Shown in pieces: positions 28,695 to 41,046 of a DNA stretch of 50,476 nt (the first letter of the stretch is position 1; the number at the start of each line of letters is the position of its first letter). Source of the stretch: Amoeboaphelidium protococcarum X5 (Eukaryota; Fungi; Aphelidiomycota). Under the pieces are notes generated by a model. It was not told the origin of the DNA. It did not search any database and saw nothing but the letters and a program-made list of their open reading frames with translations. The translations under genes were made by a program, and so were the position numbers. Location of the stretch: contig JALDTO010000017.1 of the NCBI GenBank assembly GCA_023515725.1, positions 1-50,476 of the forward strand, read 5' to 3'.

Positions 28695-28780
28695 TGATAT
28701 TTAATGAAAACGATACATTCTGAGTATCATTTCTATGCATGAGATTAATCAATTCTATTTCCATTTTCATCAAGATTATA

Positions 28781-30394
28781 ATGTCTCATTTGCGATAACT
28801 GAAAGCAAAGTGTAACAGCTTGTAAACTTTCCGTATCAGGAATGAAACGAGATCTATTTTCTCTCCTTGTAGTTCTCACTTTGTTATCACATTTAGATTT
28901 TTTAATTTCAATATCCTAGTATATTTAATTAAAATAAAAAGAATTTGTATGCATAGTAAACGAGTCCATTTGATATTTGTGAGGATATTGTATGTTGTGC
29001 TAAATGTAATCGGTATTCTAAACATAGTGCTGTGTCCTGTGGAGGCGACTGGAATGGGTTCCATAGGATCTATAATTGCAATCTTAATATTGTTCATAAT
29101 TTCCTGGACATTCTACCTGATGGCCGCCATTATATAACCTGGTTATATTGGATACCCAGAGCCTGATGCTAGCAATAAAGCTCTTTGTCGCCTACTTGTT
29201 TTACACAGATTACTCTTATAATCATTATCATCATCTTTTCAGCGAGATGGATAATATTAACCTGGAGATTAATAAAACATGGATATTGGTAGTGAGGATC
29301 GTCTTGATAGTCTTAGTAATAGCAGTAATATTGAGCTCGCTCCTGTTGTACGTGATAATTTGCAATAATTAGAGGTCCACAATCCGTCTACTATCGTTCA
29401 CTTGGGTGACAATTAGAAATAATAGGCCGAGATTTAAGATTTGAATTCATAGCAGAATAATTGTTTAGAGTTGCGTTATTGGAAAGATGTACCTAGAAGA
29501 TGGTGTGGTTTATGTCAGGTGCATTAACCTATTAGGACCAAGCATTGTTATACGTGTGGACAATGTGTTCTACGATTCGATCATCATTGCCAATTCACTG
29601 GTATGTGTATTGGGCAGAATAATCACCTTTGGTTCTACCTATGGGTATGCATATAGAATGTGGTTATGGTGACTGTAATGACTATGATTATACTTTCTTT
29701 ATAATATATAGCTAATCAATATCCATAGAAGATAGATTAATAACAGCGGCAGTATCAATTCAGCAATGTAAATCTTACCGAGGTGATGGTGTTTAATTGT
29801 GTTTCTCTATTGATTCTATTCTTATTCTGGCTGGTGGTGGTGGGTGTATTTTGTTATCATTCGTATTTGATATCCAGTAATCTATTGACTCATGAATAGA
29901 TGATGTTTAGGTCGGATCCTTCATCGTGGCCCTGGTACTTTCGCATGGCTATTATGGGGCGGTTTACGTATGACCGCATGATGATGCTTGAAGATGATCT
30001 GGAGTATGATTAAGTTCATCTATCTCCACTATGTAAGTAGGATTAGATAGAGCGGCGAAGATGTCGTTTTGCATTTGATCAAGGTGTATTGAAGAATTTC
30101 TCATCATTTGTGTCTCTGGGTGTCCGTGCATTGAAGTTGCGCAATCGTCCTCTGGTGGATCGTTATAACATTTACGGTCAGGTGGTAGAGTTCACATTAC
30201 ATGAGATGAATACTGAGCGTAATTAGGAACCACCAGCCTATCCGATGCAATTTACCGATTCTGTGTCTGTTAATAATTAAAATAATACATTCGAAGGGGA
30301 TGGGAAAGTGTCAGAGTTGTTATTAGACTAATCTGGAGAGATTGAAGTGCCTCGGAATTTCTACAATAGCCTAAAGACTTTTGCTGAAGTTTGA
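28781..30394 (+). CDS. DHHC palmitoyl acyltransferase
   Basis: Two N-terminal TMs (ORF 28949), QPGYI, then [42 protein letters not shown] (DHHC at 29579-29590) and two further TMs. Start is 28781 or 28949. Confidence 0.9.
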
Positions 30395-30474
30395 ATGGAA
30401 TTTCAAATTTGATTTTGGTATTATAAAAATAGATTGAATAGATGTAACAATGTAGATTTAATCATCATACGGTA

Positions 30475-33165
30475 TCAAAGGATATAATCCATTTCTGGAC
30501 ATGAGTAAGTGCTGATAGCAGACGCGCTTTCAATAGTATTATTGACATTATAATCCAAGCGGGGATAAAATGGTACCAGAAACTGAGAGCCTTGCATGTA
30601 AATCATGTTATAGATTCGCCAATACACTGTTCGGACTTTCCGTGCAGGATGGAATAATCCTTACAAGAGATAGTATAGAATTACTCCAGATCCGAGTGCA
30701 ACAGACAAAGCCTCTATGGCTTCCATACACGCACTCACCATATGTATTGCGGCAGTGTCAAATATATTCGGCCACACATGATTAAGCAGATGCATCAGAG
30801 CATCTTCCCGATCTAAGCCGACACAGTTAATGGCCAAGTGACGAACGGCAGTACACGCAGTCTATCTATGCACAAGATCTCGGTCGGTAAGAGCATCTTC
30901 AAGCAGCGGGGTGACTGCGTAAACATAATCTTTACTAACCTCACCAATGTATTCAAACATGAACGCCAGCGATTTCAGAACTCCATTCTGGACATTCATC
31001 TCCGGTATGCGATACTCATTCATCAACGCTGGTAGTACCGTGAATGGCGCACAAGTCTCGGCAACAATCGCTATGGCTATGGTGGTACACACTCGATACT
31101 GACGCTCCTGAACTTTTAGATTACTAAGCAGAGTAGCAAGAACATCCTGAGGACCGATAGCCTTGGCAATATACCCAAATGTAACGATAGCGGCGCGTCT
31201 GATTACTTTCTTCTATGCCTTTAGTAATTCAATCAACTCAAAACATATTCGCATCCATTCTCTGGCACTAACTTGGTCAGGTGCACTATTTGCAATATCA
31301 CCAACTAGTCGTATACACTACTCAGCCACCTTCTCATGTCTATTCTTACCCAGGATCGGAGTCAACTTTGGTAGAAAGTCTTTAACAGAGGGGTCAATTT
31401 TGGAGTATCCGAGAGATGAGGCAATTTCTCGCAGCGCACACAGCACAGATCCCAAAACATCCGGATAATCTTCACTGAGACTTTCGTTCAAAGTCTAGAA
31501 TAGCTTTAAAAGAAGCTCATCATCCTCACACACGGCCAATACAGGCGCAAGGCGCGATATCATATCACATGCCTACATGCGTACGTCAGCACTCTTGTTT
31601 GTGATTCTCCATAGAATAGCTGAACATAATTGTGGCAGATACGGTTTACTCTGCCTACCCACAGACTTAAGTATCATACCAATGTCATTCAAAAGTTGCT
31701 AATCCCCTCCCTTAGCCATCTCTTGATAGACATAAAGTGCACCATCTACCAGTAGTTAAACTTGACGCTCATTCAAATCGGCACCATTAACTTTATTCTT
31801 AAGCAGAACCAGGGCAATAGTCTCCGTCGTCATCTTTCTAAACTATTCAGATTCATCTTTCATCAAAGGCGTCAGTTCCTTTACAATTACAGATGGACCA
31901 ACACAAAGCGAAAGTTCAGTTGTAGTCTCAACCACAGCACGATAAATTCGCTTATCCAGCGCAGTCTTCCGAATCCAAAAATTCCTGAAATACTCGGGCA
32001 ACACCTCATAGCGTATAAACTCCACCTCCAAGCCTTAGACAGCACAGCACTGCCGCAATACACGCAGCACAACTCTCTTCATCTCATCATCAGGTGACTG
32101 GAACTCACGAATGACCACAGGCATAATACTCTTACTATACTTGACAGCGTACTCTGCATCCATAAGCGGTATCACACTACCCACTGCTTTAATGAATGCA
32201 GCCAATGCTTTACCTCTGTTCTACCTGATACCATCCCACAGCGCTTTCAATATAGGATCAAACGCCTCAATGCCATATGGTGCACATGATTCTGCCAGTG
32301 ATGAGATGGCATTAGCAGTCATTACTCTAATCTTCAACTGCTCATCCTCGAATCCCAATCTGATACAGTCCACAAGTTAATATAGATGAGGCAGAACGCC
32401 CATTCTGATCAATAATGCAATCTGCTACACCACGCGTATTCCTGTGTGACGAGCGTGCCATGACTATCTCTAATTGCATACTGCTCTGAGGAAGGGCAAA
32501 ATCTACTGTAAACCCACCGCATTAGCCACTACACTAAGTGCTCTTGCCGTGGTATTTCTCACAAAATCGTCCTCATGTTCAATATCGCTCCTCATAGCGG
32601 ATAGCATTGCAGACAATCCGACAGCTTTACTCAAATTGCTAATCAGTTCTCGTCCCTCTACTCGCACTATATACTCCTCATCCATAAGCATCGGCTCAGC
32701 GACAACAAGCAGCTTGGGCACGTAAGGAGTCACCAGATCTTTTAGTTTGAGCAGAAGTTTATCAATTAATTTGACCAAGATGTGACGTTCCTAATCCTCT
32801 ATAGTGGGCGACATGAGCAGGGGAAGCACAGACTCGAATATGCATTCAGCTCCCAATTCACTAGATCTTTCAACCAACAATTTCTGCGAATATCTTCTCA
32901 CTTGCGAATCTCCATTCTTTATACGCAGCAATAGGCGAAGGACTTTACGCCGTCTGGCTTCTTCAATACTCATTTCATCTGGATTCTTCTCTTCCAGCAG
33001 AATGCCAAAGAACTGGACATCTTCAGGCTTGAATGCAGGTAGACTTTCATCATGAATAATCTATTTCACGTCTTGATACTCTAATTACTACTACAACAAC
33101 TCTTACTGCTACTGCTCAGAATCATCAACGTACTCTTCACTACTCTCATTATACGAGTCTTACAT
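30475..33165 (-). CDS. SF3B1: U2 snRNP splicing factor SF3B1/Hsh155 (HEAT repeats; very short N-terminus), ~896 aa
   Basis: [70 protein letters not shown] and [29 protein letters not shown]. An in-frame TGA lies upstream of the ATG at 33165. Confidence 0.95.
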
Positions 33166-33616
33166 TATTATTCTCTTAATAGGTAAAACGTGATGATAAT
33201 ATGAAGCCTCTATAAGTCAAAGAGTAGAAAATGCAAGATGGCTTAAAAGCGCGTTAAATCAACAAACTAAAAATAGAAGATAAGACTGAGAGAGCTAAAA
33301 CAACTGAAAAGGAGCCCACTGGAGCTTAGGCTTTCCTTTCTTGGAACGCGGTACATCTTTCTCTCTCTCTCGCTTTCGTGTCAACGAGGTCGGAACTTAC
33401 GCGTGTTTTCATTCAGTCAGTCACATCCAGCTATCATCGGTCACAGCGTTTCTTCTTCTTTCATCGCTCGCCAGATCGCCAACCGACCTTAGCTGCTGCA
33501 AAAATCATTCTTTCGCGCATTTCTCTAAATTTGTGAATAGTGCCTGTTCCTATTGCCTAGAGTTGGTAGTAGTATATAAAGATTCTAAGAATAATCAAAC
33601 AGTAATAATAATAAAT

Positions 33617-33880
33617 ATGGACAAACCAAAATTAGCAAGAGTTACCAAAGTGCTTGGACGTACTGGATCGCGTGGTGGTAAGACTACCCTATTAGATTTG
33701 ATGACTTAATGTACGCGATGTTTTCTCTGAATTAAATTTTGTGTAGGTGTCACTTAGGTTCGCGTTGAATTCTTGGACGATAACACTCGCTCCATCATCA
33801 GAAATGTTATCGGACCTGTGCGTGAGAACGATATTCTGACTCTCTTGGAATCAGAGCGTGAAGCTAGACGTCTTCGCTGA
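33617..33880 (+). CDS. RPS28: 40S ribosomal protein S28 (eS28), one intron 33678-33746
   Basis: [20 protein letters not shown]|[44 protein letters not shown]. The invariant Q is TAG (33755-33757). Confidence 0.97.
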
Positions 33881-34485
33881 GTGTCTTATCCTACCTGGTA
33901 GATTGATGACGACGTGATTAGTATCATTTGCCACATATTCTACTGCCATTTACTATAAATAAAGTGAAATTTACCAATATGCTTTTTACTTGTTTTGTTC
34001 TGTCGCGATTGGAATTATCGTGTGATGTGTCGCTGTTGCATTTAAATGCTAGCTAGGCGGTAGGAGATTTTCAAGTGTTACCGTCATGGACCGTTTCTAT
34101 GTGCCTCAGCGCTCATTGTGATGTGAGGATTATGCGTGTTGCGGCCATCTCTTGACTCTTGTACGCATTCTATCCACATGATCGCTTATGATCTTTAGTC
34201 AGATCTTCACCATGCAACAACTTAATTGATGCCACTTCGAAAAGTCGGAGCGATTTTGATGTTTTATCTTAATTGGTTCTCCTCTCTCATTAACAATACA
34301 AACCATCGGAAGGCGAGTTGTTTATCTGAGCTGATCTGAGCGAGCGAGCAAAGCTTTGTTTCATCTCGGGGCTTGTTACTTCTCTTTCTTCTCACTATAC
34401 AGTTTGCTGGTTACCATCCTTTACAGATATAAATTTCTCCATTCACCGTACCTTACTATCATTGAAGTTTGAAATCTATTTCTGT

Positions 34486-36516
34486 ATGAGAATGGTTCGT
34501 AAATCTTAAATGTCAATGATTATTGTGGGCCTGGTGTCTGCCTTCCTGGTGTTTAATTTGATGTATTTTGGTTATTAGAAGCGATAGTAGTAGTAGTAGT
34601 AGTATCAGTATTCAGATGAGGAAGTACAATAAGATGGTAAATAGAGTGTGAAAAATTCGACTCAAACAGATAATAATGGTGGGAAGATTAAAGACTTGAC
34701 ATTGAAACTGAAGGATAGTCAGTAATAAATTGTTGACTGCAAGTAGAATTTGGAACGGGCTCTGGCAAAGTTGGAATAGTTTGAAGGTCACGATCAATAG
34801 CAGTCAGATGATCCTCAGCATGATACTGATCATTAACATGGTGATGGTGTTGGCGGCGGCGGTAATTTGGTAATGTTCACCATAGTCAAGGGTGCTGATG
34901 AAATGGTAAAGTTGAGAGAACTGGTGGGCTCTTTGCATGAATTGAGGAGTTCGAATCTGGACACTCATCTGATTAATGTATATGCTTTTAATCTACCACA
35001 GAAGAACATTAATGAAATCAGTCTGTGGCGTAATGTTTAGTATTTTGATGGTGAAAATACTTTATTGAATGGACATCGAGGTATGATAAGGAGTGGTTCA
35101 TAGTAGTAGTAATAAAAATTGAAAGATTCCGATATAAACTCTCGACTGCCAGAGTTGGTGATAAGTGCACTCGATTTGCAATCCAGAATTCATGGAAATG
35201 TATTATATATTGGAGTTGATGTGCAGTTGACTCGAGACATTGTACATTCAGTGGCGGAGACTATATAAACAAGTGGTTATTACATCAAGTAGTACGACGA
35301 CTTACCGATTGAGGATGTTATTAAATAGAAAGCTGCCTTATTTGGAGCTAAATTTGGTCATAAAAGTTCAAGTATTCTAGTCCAGATGGAGTTGTAATGT
35401 ATTCGTGGATATCATTGTTATGAACAATTTTATACATAGTTGAAATCCGCGCAGATTAAATTGATCGATGCCTAGGCAACTTAGAAATTATCAGATTTGG
35501 GTCTAACTGTATTCCAAGGTGAAAAGAAGCATTTCTGCTATTTGCTGCTGCGAGATGATATTCTATATTCATCTTCATTCAGGATATAGGGAGCATCGCC
35601 GGGTGAGTAATAATCCGGTACCGTAAAGGACTACCAATTGAAGGCGTTCCCACTAACAGATAGTGGTAAAGTACCCATCGCCATTGGAATGCCTACTCTT
35701 AGTGTATCCAATCTGGTTGACTTCAAGGAAGTGGCGCCCATTAGAGTATTTATGCCATCTTTTCTGGAATCTGTTACGGTGGAGGAATGGAAGCTGTTTG
35801 AGTATTGGATCTACATTGGGTATGATGAAGGTGATAAATATTTTGATGATGAAGGCATCCGCGGTTAAATTGATGATCATCTCTAATCTATGGTGGCGGA
35901 TTACGCAAAAGACAAGTTTCTTAGCGTTGGTGAAGATGTGAGCATAAAGTTCAACTTTATTAGATTTCCTTATTCTAAAGGTTGGGTTACTTACATTTGG
36001 AATGGCCTGTTTGTCTCTGCAATTAATGATGGCGCTCACTATTACTATCAAGTGAATGATGATCTCGAATTGGTGTCTGCTGAATGGTCTACCAAGTTCA
36101 CTAATGCGTTGAAGAAGATGGATGGCTTCGGTGTTGCCGGTCCATGGGATACTCTGCATAATGGAAATTTATTGACTCAGGCGTTCGTGTCCAGAGTTCA
36201 TTATTACATTTTTGGCAAGTTCTATCCACTTGATATCAAAGATTGGCATAGTGACAATTGGATCACTGATGTTTATGATACCAAATAAAAGTTTGTGATC
36301 AAGGATGTGAAGGCGAATAACAAGAATGATAAAGGCACGCGGTATGATGTATGTGCCAGTGTCCCAAAGTACAAGCAGTTGTTGCAGAATGGCAAGAACA
36401 TTATCAAAGATTGGTTGGATGATCAAGCCTTGCTGAAGAAAACTGATCCTCAATCTAATGATGAATCTGAGGATCGTTTACAGAGAGAGCTCTCACATGG
36501 AACTTTGATCTAGTGA
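34486..36516 (+). CDS. Type II membrane putative glycosyltransferase (signal anchor, Gln-rich stem, GT-A-like C-terminal domain), ~676 aa
   Basis: TM IIVGLVSAFLVFNLMYFGY, with (TAG)6 poly-Gln at 34585-34602. C-domain IAIGMPT...YIGYDEGD...WNGLF...YYYQVNDD...GVAGP...LLTQAFVSRVH...DWHSDNWITDVY. Confidence 0.72.
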
Positions 36517-36600
36517 TTTATATATATTAAATACTAATTAACTCCAATACACACTATGAAATGCTTGATAGTTATTACTAATAATACACGAAATTTATAA

Positions 36601-39267
36601 TCATTCGATGTCAGAGATCACAATTTCCTCATCATTGGCGACAATCCGCTTCTTGTTATCTTCATCTTGAGGTGATGGCGATAGATCTGCTTCATCAGCG
36701 TCTCGCTTATGCCCACTTGTAACATTACTACTTGAACTTGGCACGAATTGTACTTCTTCAGTCAATTTTTATTACAATATCCGCTTACTCAGAGCAACAG
36801 CATCATTAGACAACTATTTGACGATATTACGCTTAATTCTGAGCATATCTTTGTACGAGTCTTCATCGCCGTGCTCAACCTCAAACTACTCCCACTCCTT
36901 CCAGAATTAGGAGTGAACTTGAGGATCACACATCTGACTTGTGTACTCATACAGACTCCGAACACGGTCATACTCTCCCAGTTTCACCTCCATAGCAATG
37001 TAATCCATGGCCAGTGGTCGGGCGTACTCATCAGGCAAATCTTGCAAAGCCTGATCATAAATAGGACGAACATAAGTATAGCCAAAGAACTCTACAGCTT
37101 TGATAATGTAAAATTTGTAAACCTGTTACTTACTACCAAAATCCTGTATCAAAGCAACTGCCCTTTCATATACTTTAAGAGCACGTCTTGGCTACCCGTA
37201 CTGTTCCTCGACCTGTGCATAGAAGAGCAAAATCTTCCTCAAGAACTTTTGTGGACAGTTAACAAGCGCCCGTTCAAACAGATCTCTGGCACGCTCCAAC
37301 TTGCCAAAATCTCTCATCTCCTTCTGTTGGGATAGATATCTTTACACAAATTTATCCAAATAAAGATTCCAGAATTCAAAAGCGTACGGATACCCAAAAA
37401 GATCAATCCCCTTCTCATAAACGCGAAAACTATCTTCATGGTAGCCGTTAGATTCCAAGTAAATGGCGTAATTGACAATATTCTGGGGCACTACAACCTT
37501 CAACTCAATCATCTGGTCATAAGCAGCTCTGACAACATCAACCGTGGAATACACTTCCACCAAGTCCATGTAATGATTCCATAGCTTGAGTGATTTGAAT
37601 ATACGATGTTAGACAGGAATAGAATCATTGGTGTAACGAACCTTGTTCACAGGCATATTAAGAATCTTCTCTGGTGGTGTAGTACCTTTTGCTAAAATTT
37701 ATATAGCCTTATTATGGTTACCATGCTTCAGTTCCATGTTGGCATAGTGAATATACACCTCTGCCAACTGATCTGGGAATCTATAAGGTACATTCAACGC
37801 TTACTCAAAAACTTGACGACAATTATATAAATCTATACTGACTCCATCATTACCAGTACTCTACGTCGCCAGAGTTTCCACAAAGTTCCCATACTAAATC
37901 CATAGATCATGAAGCTTTCCAGATGCTTTATACGGATCGATGGTGTTGAGACACTCTTTGAATGTATTCTCGATCACCACACCAAGATCTGCGCCATCAC
38001 CATCCTGCTACTCATGATAATCTTAGTCTTACGCATTATCAAACTACTCCAATAATATTCTAATTCTCCTCTACCACTCGATAACATTGTTGGGATTCTA
38101 TCGCAATCTGACATTATTCAACAGCAGTTCTCTATCTTCCAACAGCTGTTCAAGAGCATTTACATTATCCTCCAAGTTGAAATCAACACCAAGATCGACG
38201 CCATGCTCCACCACAGCGCTAATGATACCTTCCTCAAACTCTACAAATGCTTCATACACAATGCTGAAATCTGTAGCAGAATTCACTTTATCCAAAGCAT
38301 CTCTGTACACTTAGCGCGCAACATTAAGCCAATCAAGTTGAGTTTTACAACTATCATCGTCATGATCATCACGGGTAACTTTCATAGCATTACTAGATTA
38401 GCGGACATAGTAAGATGCAAGGGATGCATATAACTATCCTATATATCCGTCCAACTTTACTCGCTCCAAACAATCCTGAATAATGCTAGGAATGTCTAGA
38501 TCAGACTTGAAATGTTCAACGTATTTTAAGATCAGATTACTGAGCTAAATCCATAACTCCTAAGCAGCATTCTTATTTTTTTTATTGATAGTTTATACAA
38601 ATTATGGACTATTGAGAGCAGTTCTAATCCATTTTACACAAGAATTGACAGCCAGAGATAGTTTAGAGTTATGAGAATCCTCATTATCATCATCTTCTGA
38701 ATTGTCCGGCTGTCTATTAATTATCTGCATAAGATCTCTAATTAAATCCCGCATAAACATCTAATTAATGGATATCAGTCGACGGTAGACATACTCAATA
38801 AGAGGTATGCACTCAGACTCTACCACAAACTATCTATAGGCAATCCAGACGCGTGTATGCTATGTGACTGGCAAATTTAAGAGAGCGCGGTCATAGATGG
38901 AACGCGTCAGGGAAATCTATCTCAGCTCAGCCCACGTCAATTGCGCATACTAAAGCCACACCTCTGGATAAGTGTTCATCCCAGAAACCAGGGCCACTTC
39001 GTATAGGCCCACAAGTATATCATAGCTTATATGCTGCAATTAGCACTCATTAGTGATAAAGTCAATGTACTGCATCCATAACTTGTAGCTGTATGGATGA
39101 GCAATGATGGCTCTCTGGTACAACAGCTCTTTATACTATAGATCACTAACACCATCAATAAGCCTGAACCATGGCTTCAGACTAGTCTTACCATTTGAAA
39201 GCAGATCCTTCTCGAACTCATAAAACTGATCCAAATTATTTAATAAAATACTCTACCACCAGGTCAT
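36601..39267 (-). CDS. SYF1: Pre-mRNA splicing factor Syf1/XAB2 (HAT/TPR repeats), ~888 aa
   Basis: YQRAIIAHPYSYKLW, DRALLNLPVTQHTRVW, ELLLNNVRLRQNPNNVIEW, PVQHRIFKSLKLWNHYMDL and KLERARDLFE. Confidence 0.92.
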
Positions 39268-39531
39268 TCTTACTAAAGATTAATTTCAGACTTTATTGTT
39301 ATGTACAAACCGTGGTATTTGCTACAGAAAAAGTATTAATTATCAGTTTTAACGCGCTTTGAGAGTCAAAGAGAAAGAGTCAGAGCAGTGAATGAGAGAG
39401 GGAGTTTGGCTTTGACTCGATTAATCTTTTTCGCCGTTCTCTCTTGTCGATTTTCTCTTTTCTTTTCTTCAGTATATATATTGTCGCTATAGAAGTACTA
39501 GGTGGATTTTTTAGAAAAATAATTGTAGGAT

Positions 39532-40050
39532 ATGCCAAAGAACAAAGGAAAGGGTGGTAAGACTAGGAGAAGAGGTAAGAACGAGGCGACAGTGTTTAAG
39601 CGGGAACTCATCTACAAGGATGAGGATCAAGTGTACGCATCAGTGTCCCGCATGCTCGGCAATGGTCGCCTGGAGGCAATGTGCTTCGATGGACAGAAGA
39701 GACTGGCGCATATCAGAGGAAAGATGTAGAAGAAAGTGTGGATTAATGCCGGTGATATTGTGTTGCTATCGCTGAGAGAGTGGCAGGATGGCAAGGCTGA
39801 TGTGATTCACAAGTACAATCCGGATGAGGCTAAATAGTTGAAGGCGGAGGGTGAATTACCAGAGAGCGCGATTATTAATGAAGATGCTGAAGAGGGCGGT
39901 CCTGGTGGAATGGAAGGTGAAGATGTTGTGTTTTAGCAGTCGGTCGATCAGGGCGTTGGCGGCAGCACCATGCAATCCAACGGTAATCGTATGTTGCCAT
40001 CCAGTGACGAGGAGTCTGATGACGGCCATCTTAACATTGACGATATATGA
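39532..40050 (+). CDS. EIF1A: Translation initiation factor eIF1A, 172 aa
   Basis: [17 protein letters not shown]...[22 protein letters not shown](Q)[20 protein letters not shown]...acidic tail NIDDI*. Confidence 0.96.
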
Positions 40051-40260
40051 TCTAGACATTTTTACACTTTCAACGTAAATAATAAAGTATACTTAGTGCT
40101 AAATGCAGTTGAATTGCGCGTAATTTTCTAGGAAGCGAATGATCCTATGTTAGTCTGTTAAAACTTAACATCTTACATAGCAGTTCTTCAATATACGATA
40201 TTAGAATTTGATGTACAATTAGTTAAAAAGGTTAAGTGTTAAAGAGAGAAGGGGGAAAAG

Positions 40261-40649
40261 GAGCAGTGACTTGAAATAAGCCTCCCTCTGTAGGCAGTGG
40301 AGAGCACCGAGGTGATCTTCCACAGCTGACTACAATACTCGGTGTTATAGCCGCGTCATTCGATCTCAACCTATTAAACGGCTATGCGCGATGGCAATCT
40401 TGGCCTATGGTCGCGCATCGAATGATACCTGTCTACCAGATTCTATTTCTAGAGACTGTCTCAAAGACATGACCGGAGGACTTTCCTTAGAGCGTAGATG
40501 CGGCTGTAGCTAAAAAAAATAATATTCTAACCGCAACCTGGGTAATCATTAAATTCTAACGCGTACTGCCAACGCACGACATGACGAATCAATCACCCAT
40601 GTGCGACGTGTAATGTAAGCTCTATAAATAGTCTTTCAAGTCACTGCTC
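40261..40649 (-). ncRNA. RNase MRP RNA (RNase P/MRP family; MRP favoured), ~389 nt
   Basis: Perfect 16-bp terminal P1 helix: GAGCAGTGACTTGAAA (40261-40276) / TTTCAAGTCACTGCTC (40634-40649). On the minus strand, CR-I GGAAAGUCCUCC (40475-40486) pairs with CR-V ACAGAGGGAGGCUUA (40277-40291) to form P4 with a bulged U. Also P2 GACUAU/GUAGUC, P3 GAGC-UUACA...GCUC and P19 GUGGA/UCCAC. Confidence 0.8.
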
Positions 40650-41046
40650 ATTATGAAGAAGAAAGAGTTGCCGAGACAGCAAAGTGCCGATTCGTTTTAG
40701 TTTTGAAAGATTTTCATTCGCGTTTCGGTTGGCACAAAAGCACACATGGTCCGACTGATTTTTAAATTCTACGGTATTGGCGTTCACTAAAGTCAGTAGA
40801 AAGTGTTTACTCTTTCAAAGAAATAAATATCCCTTGTCAATATTTTATGATCTCATTCCTAAATTTTCATAAATGAAACGCAGTTCATGTTTAAAAATTT
40901 TACGCGTTCAGGTTCCATCAAAGAAGCGTGTGTAACCAGCTGAACATTTGCTCCGTGAAACGACCTCCTGATCATCCTGGTGCTCATCTCTTTATTTATT
41001 TTCCGACGCGTCGTATTAGAAGAATTTATCATTTTATAAAATAAAA

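Noticed and set aside
34056-34168. Three consecutive short hairpins downstream of RPS28 (GGCGGTA/TACCGTC, CCTCA/TGAGG, ATGCGT/ACGCAT) as a possible snoRNA or snRNA
   Set aside because: Stems are only 5-7 bp, and no convincing C/D, H/ACA or Sm-site arrangement was found.
30475-39267. SF3B1 and SYF1 (with RPS28, eIF1A and the MRP RNA nearby) as a functional RNA-processing cluster
   Set aside because: Housekeeping genes are common in a compact genome and an unrelated glycosyltransferase is interleaved. There is no evidence of co-regulation without synteny data.
40261-40649. MITE interpretation of the 16-bp terminal inverted repeat
   Set aside because: No target-site duplication flanks it, and the interior carries both P4 strands plus P2/P3/P19 in the order expected for RNase P/MRP RNA.
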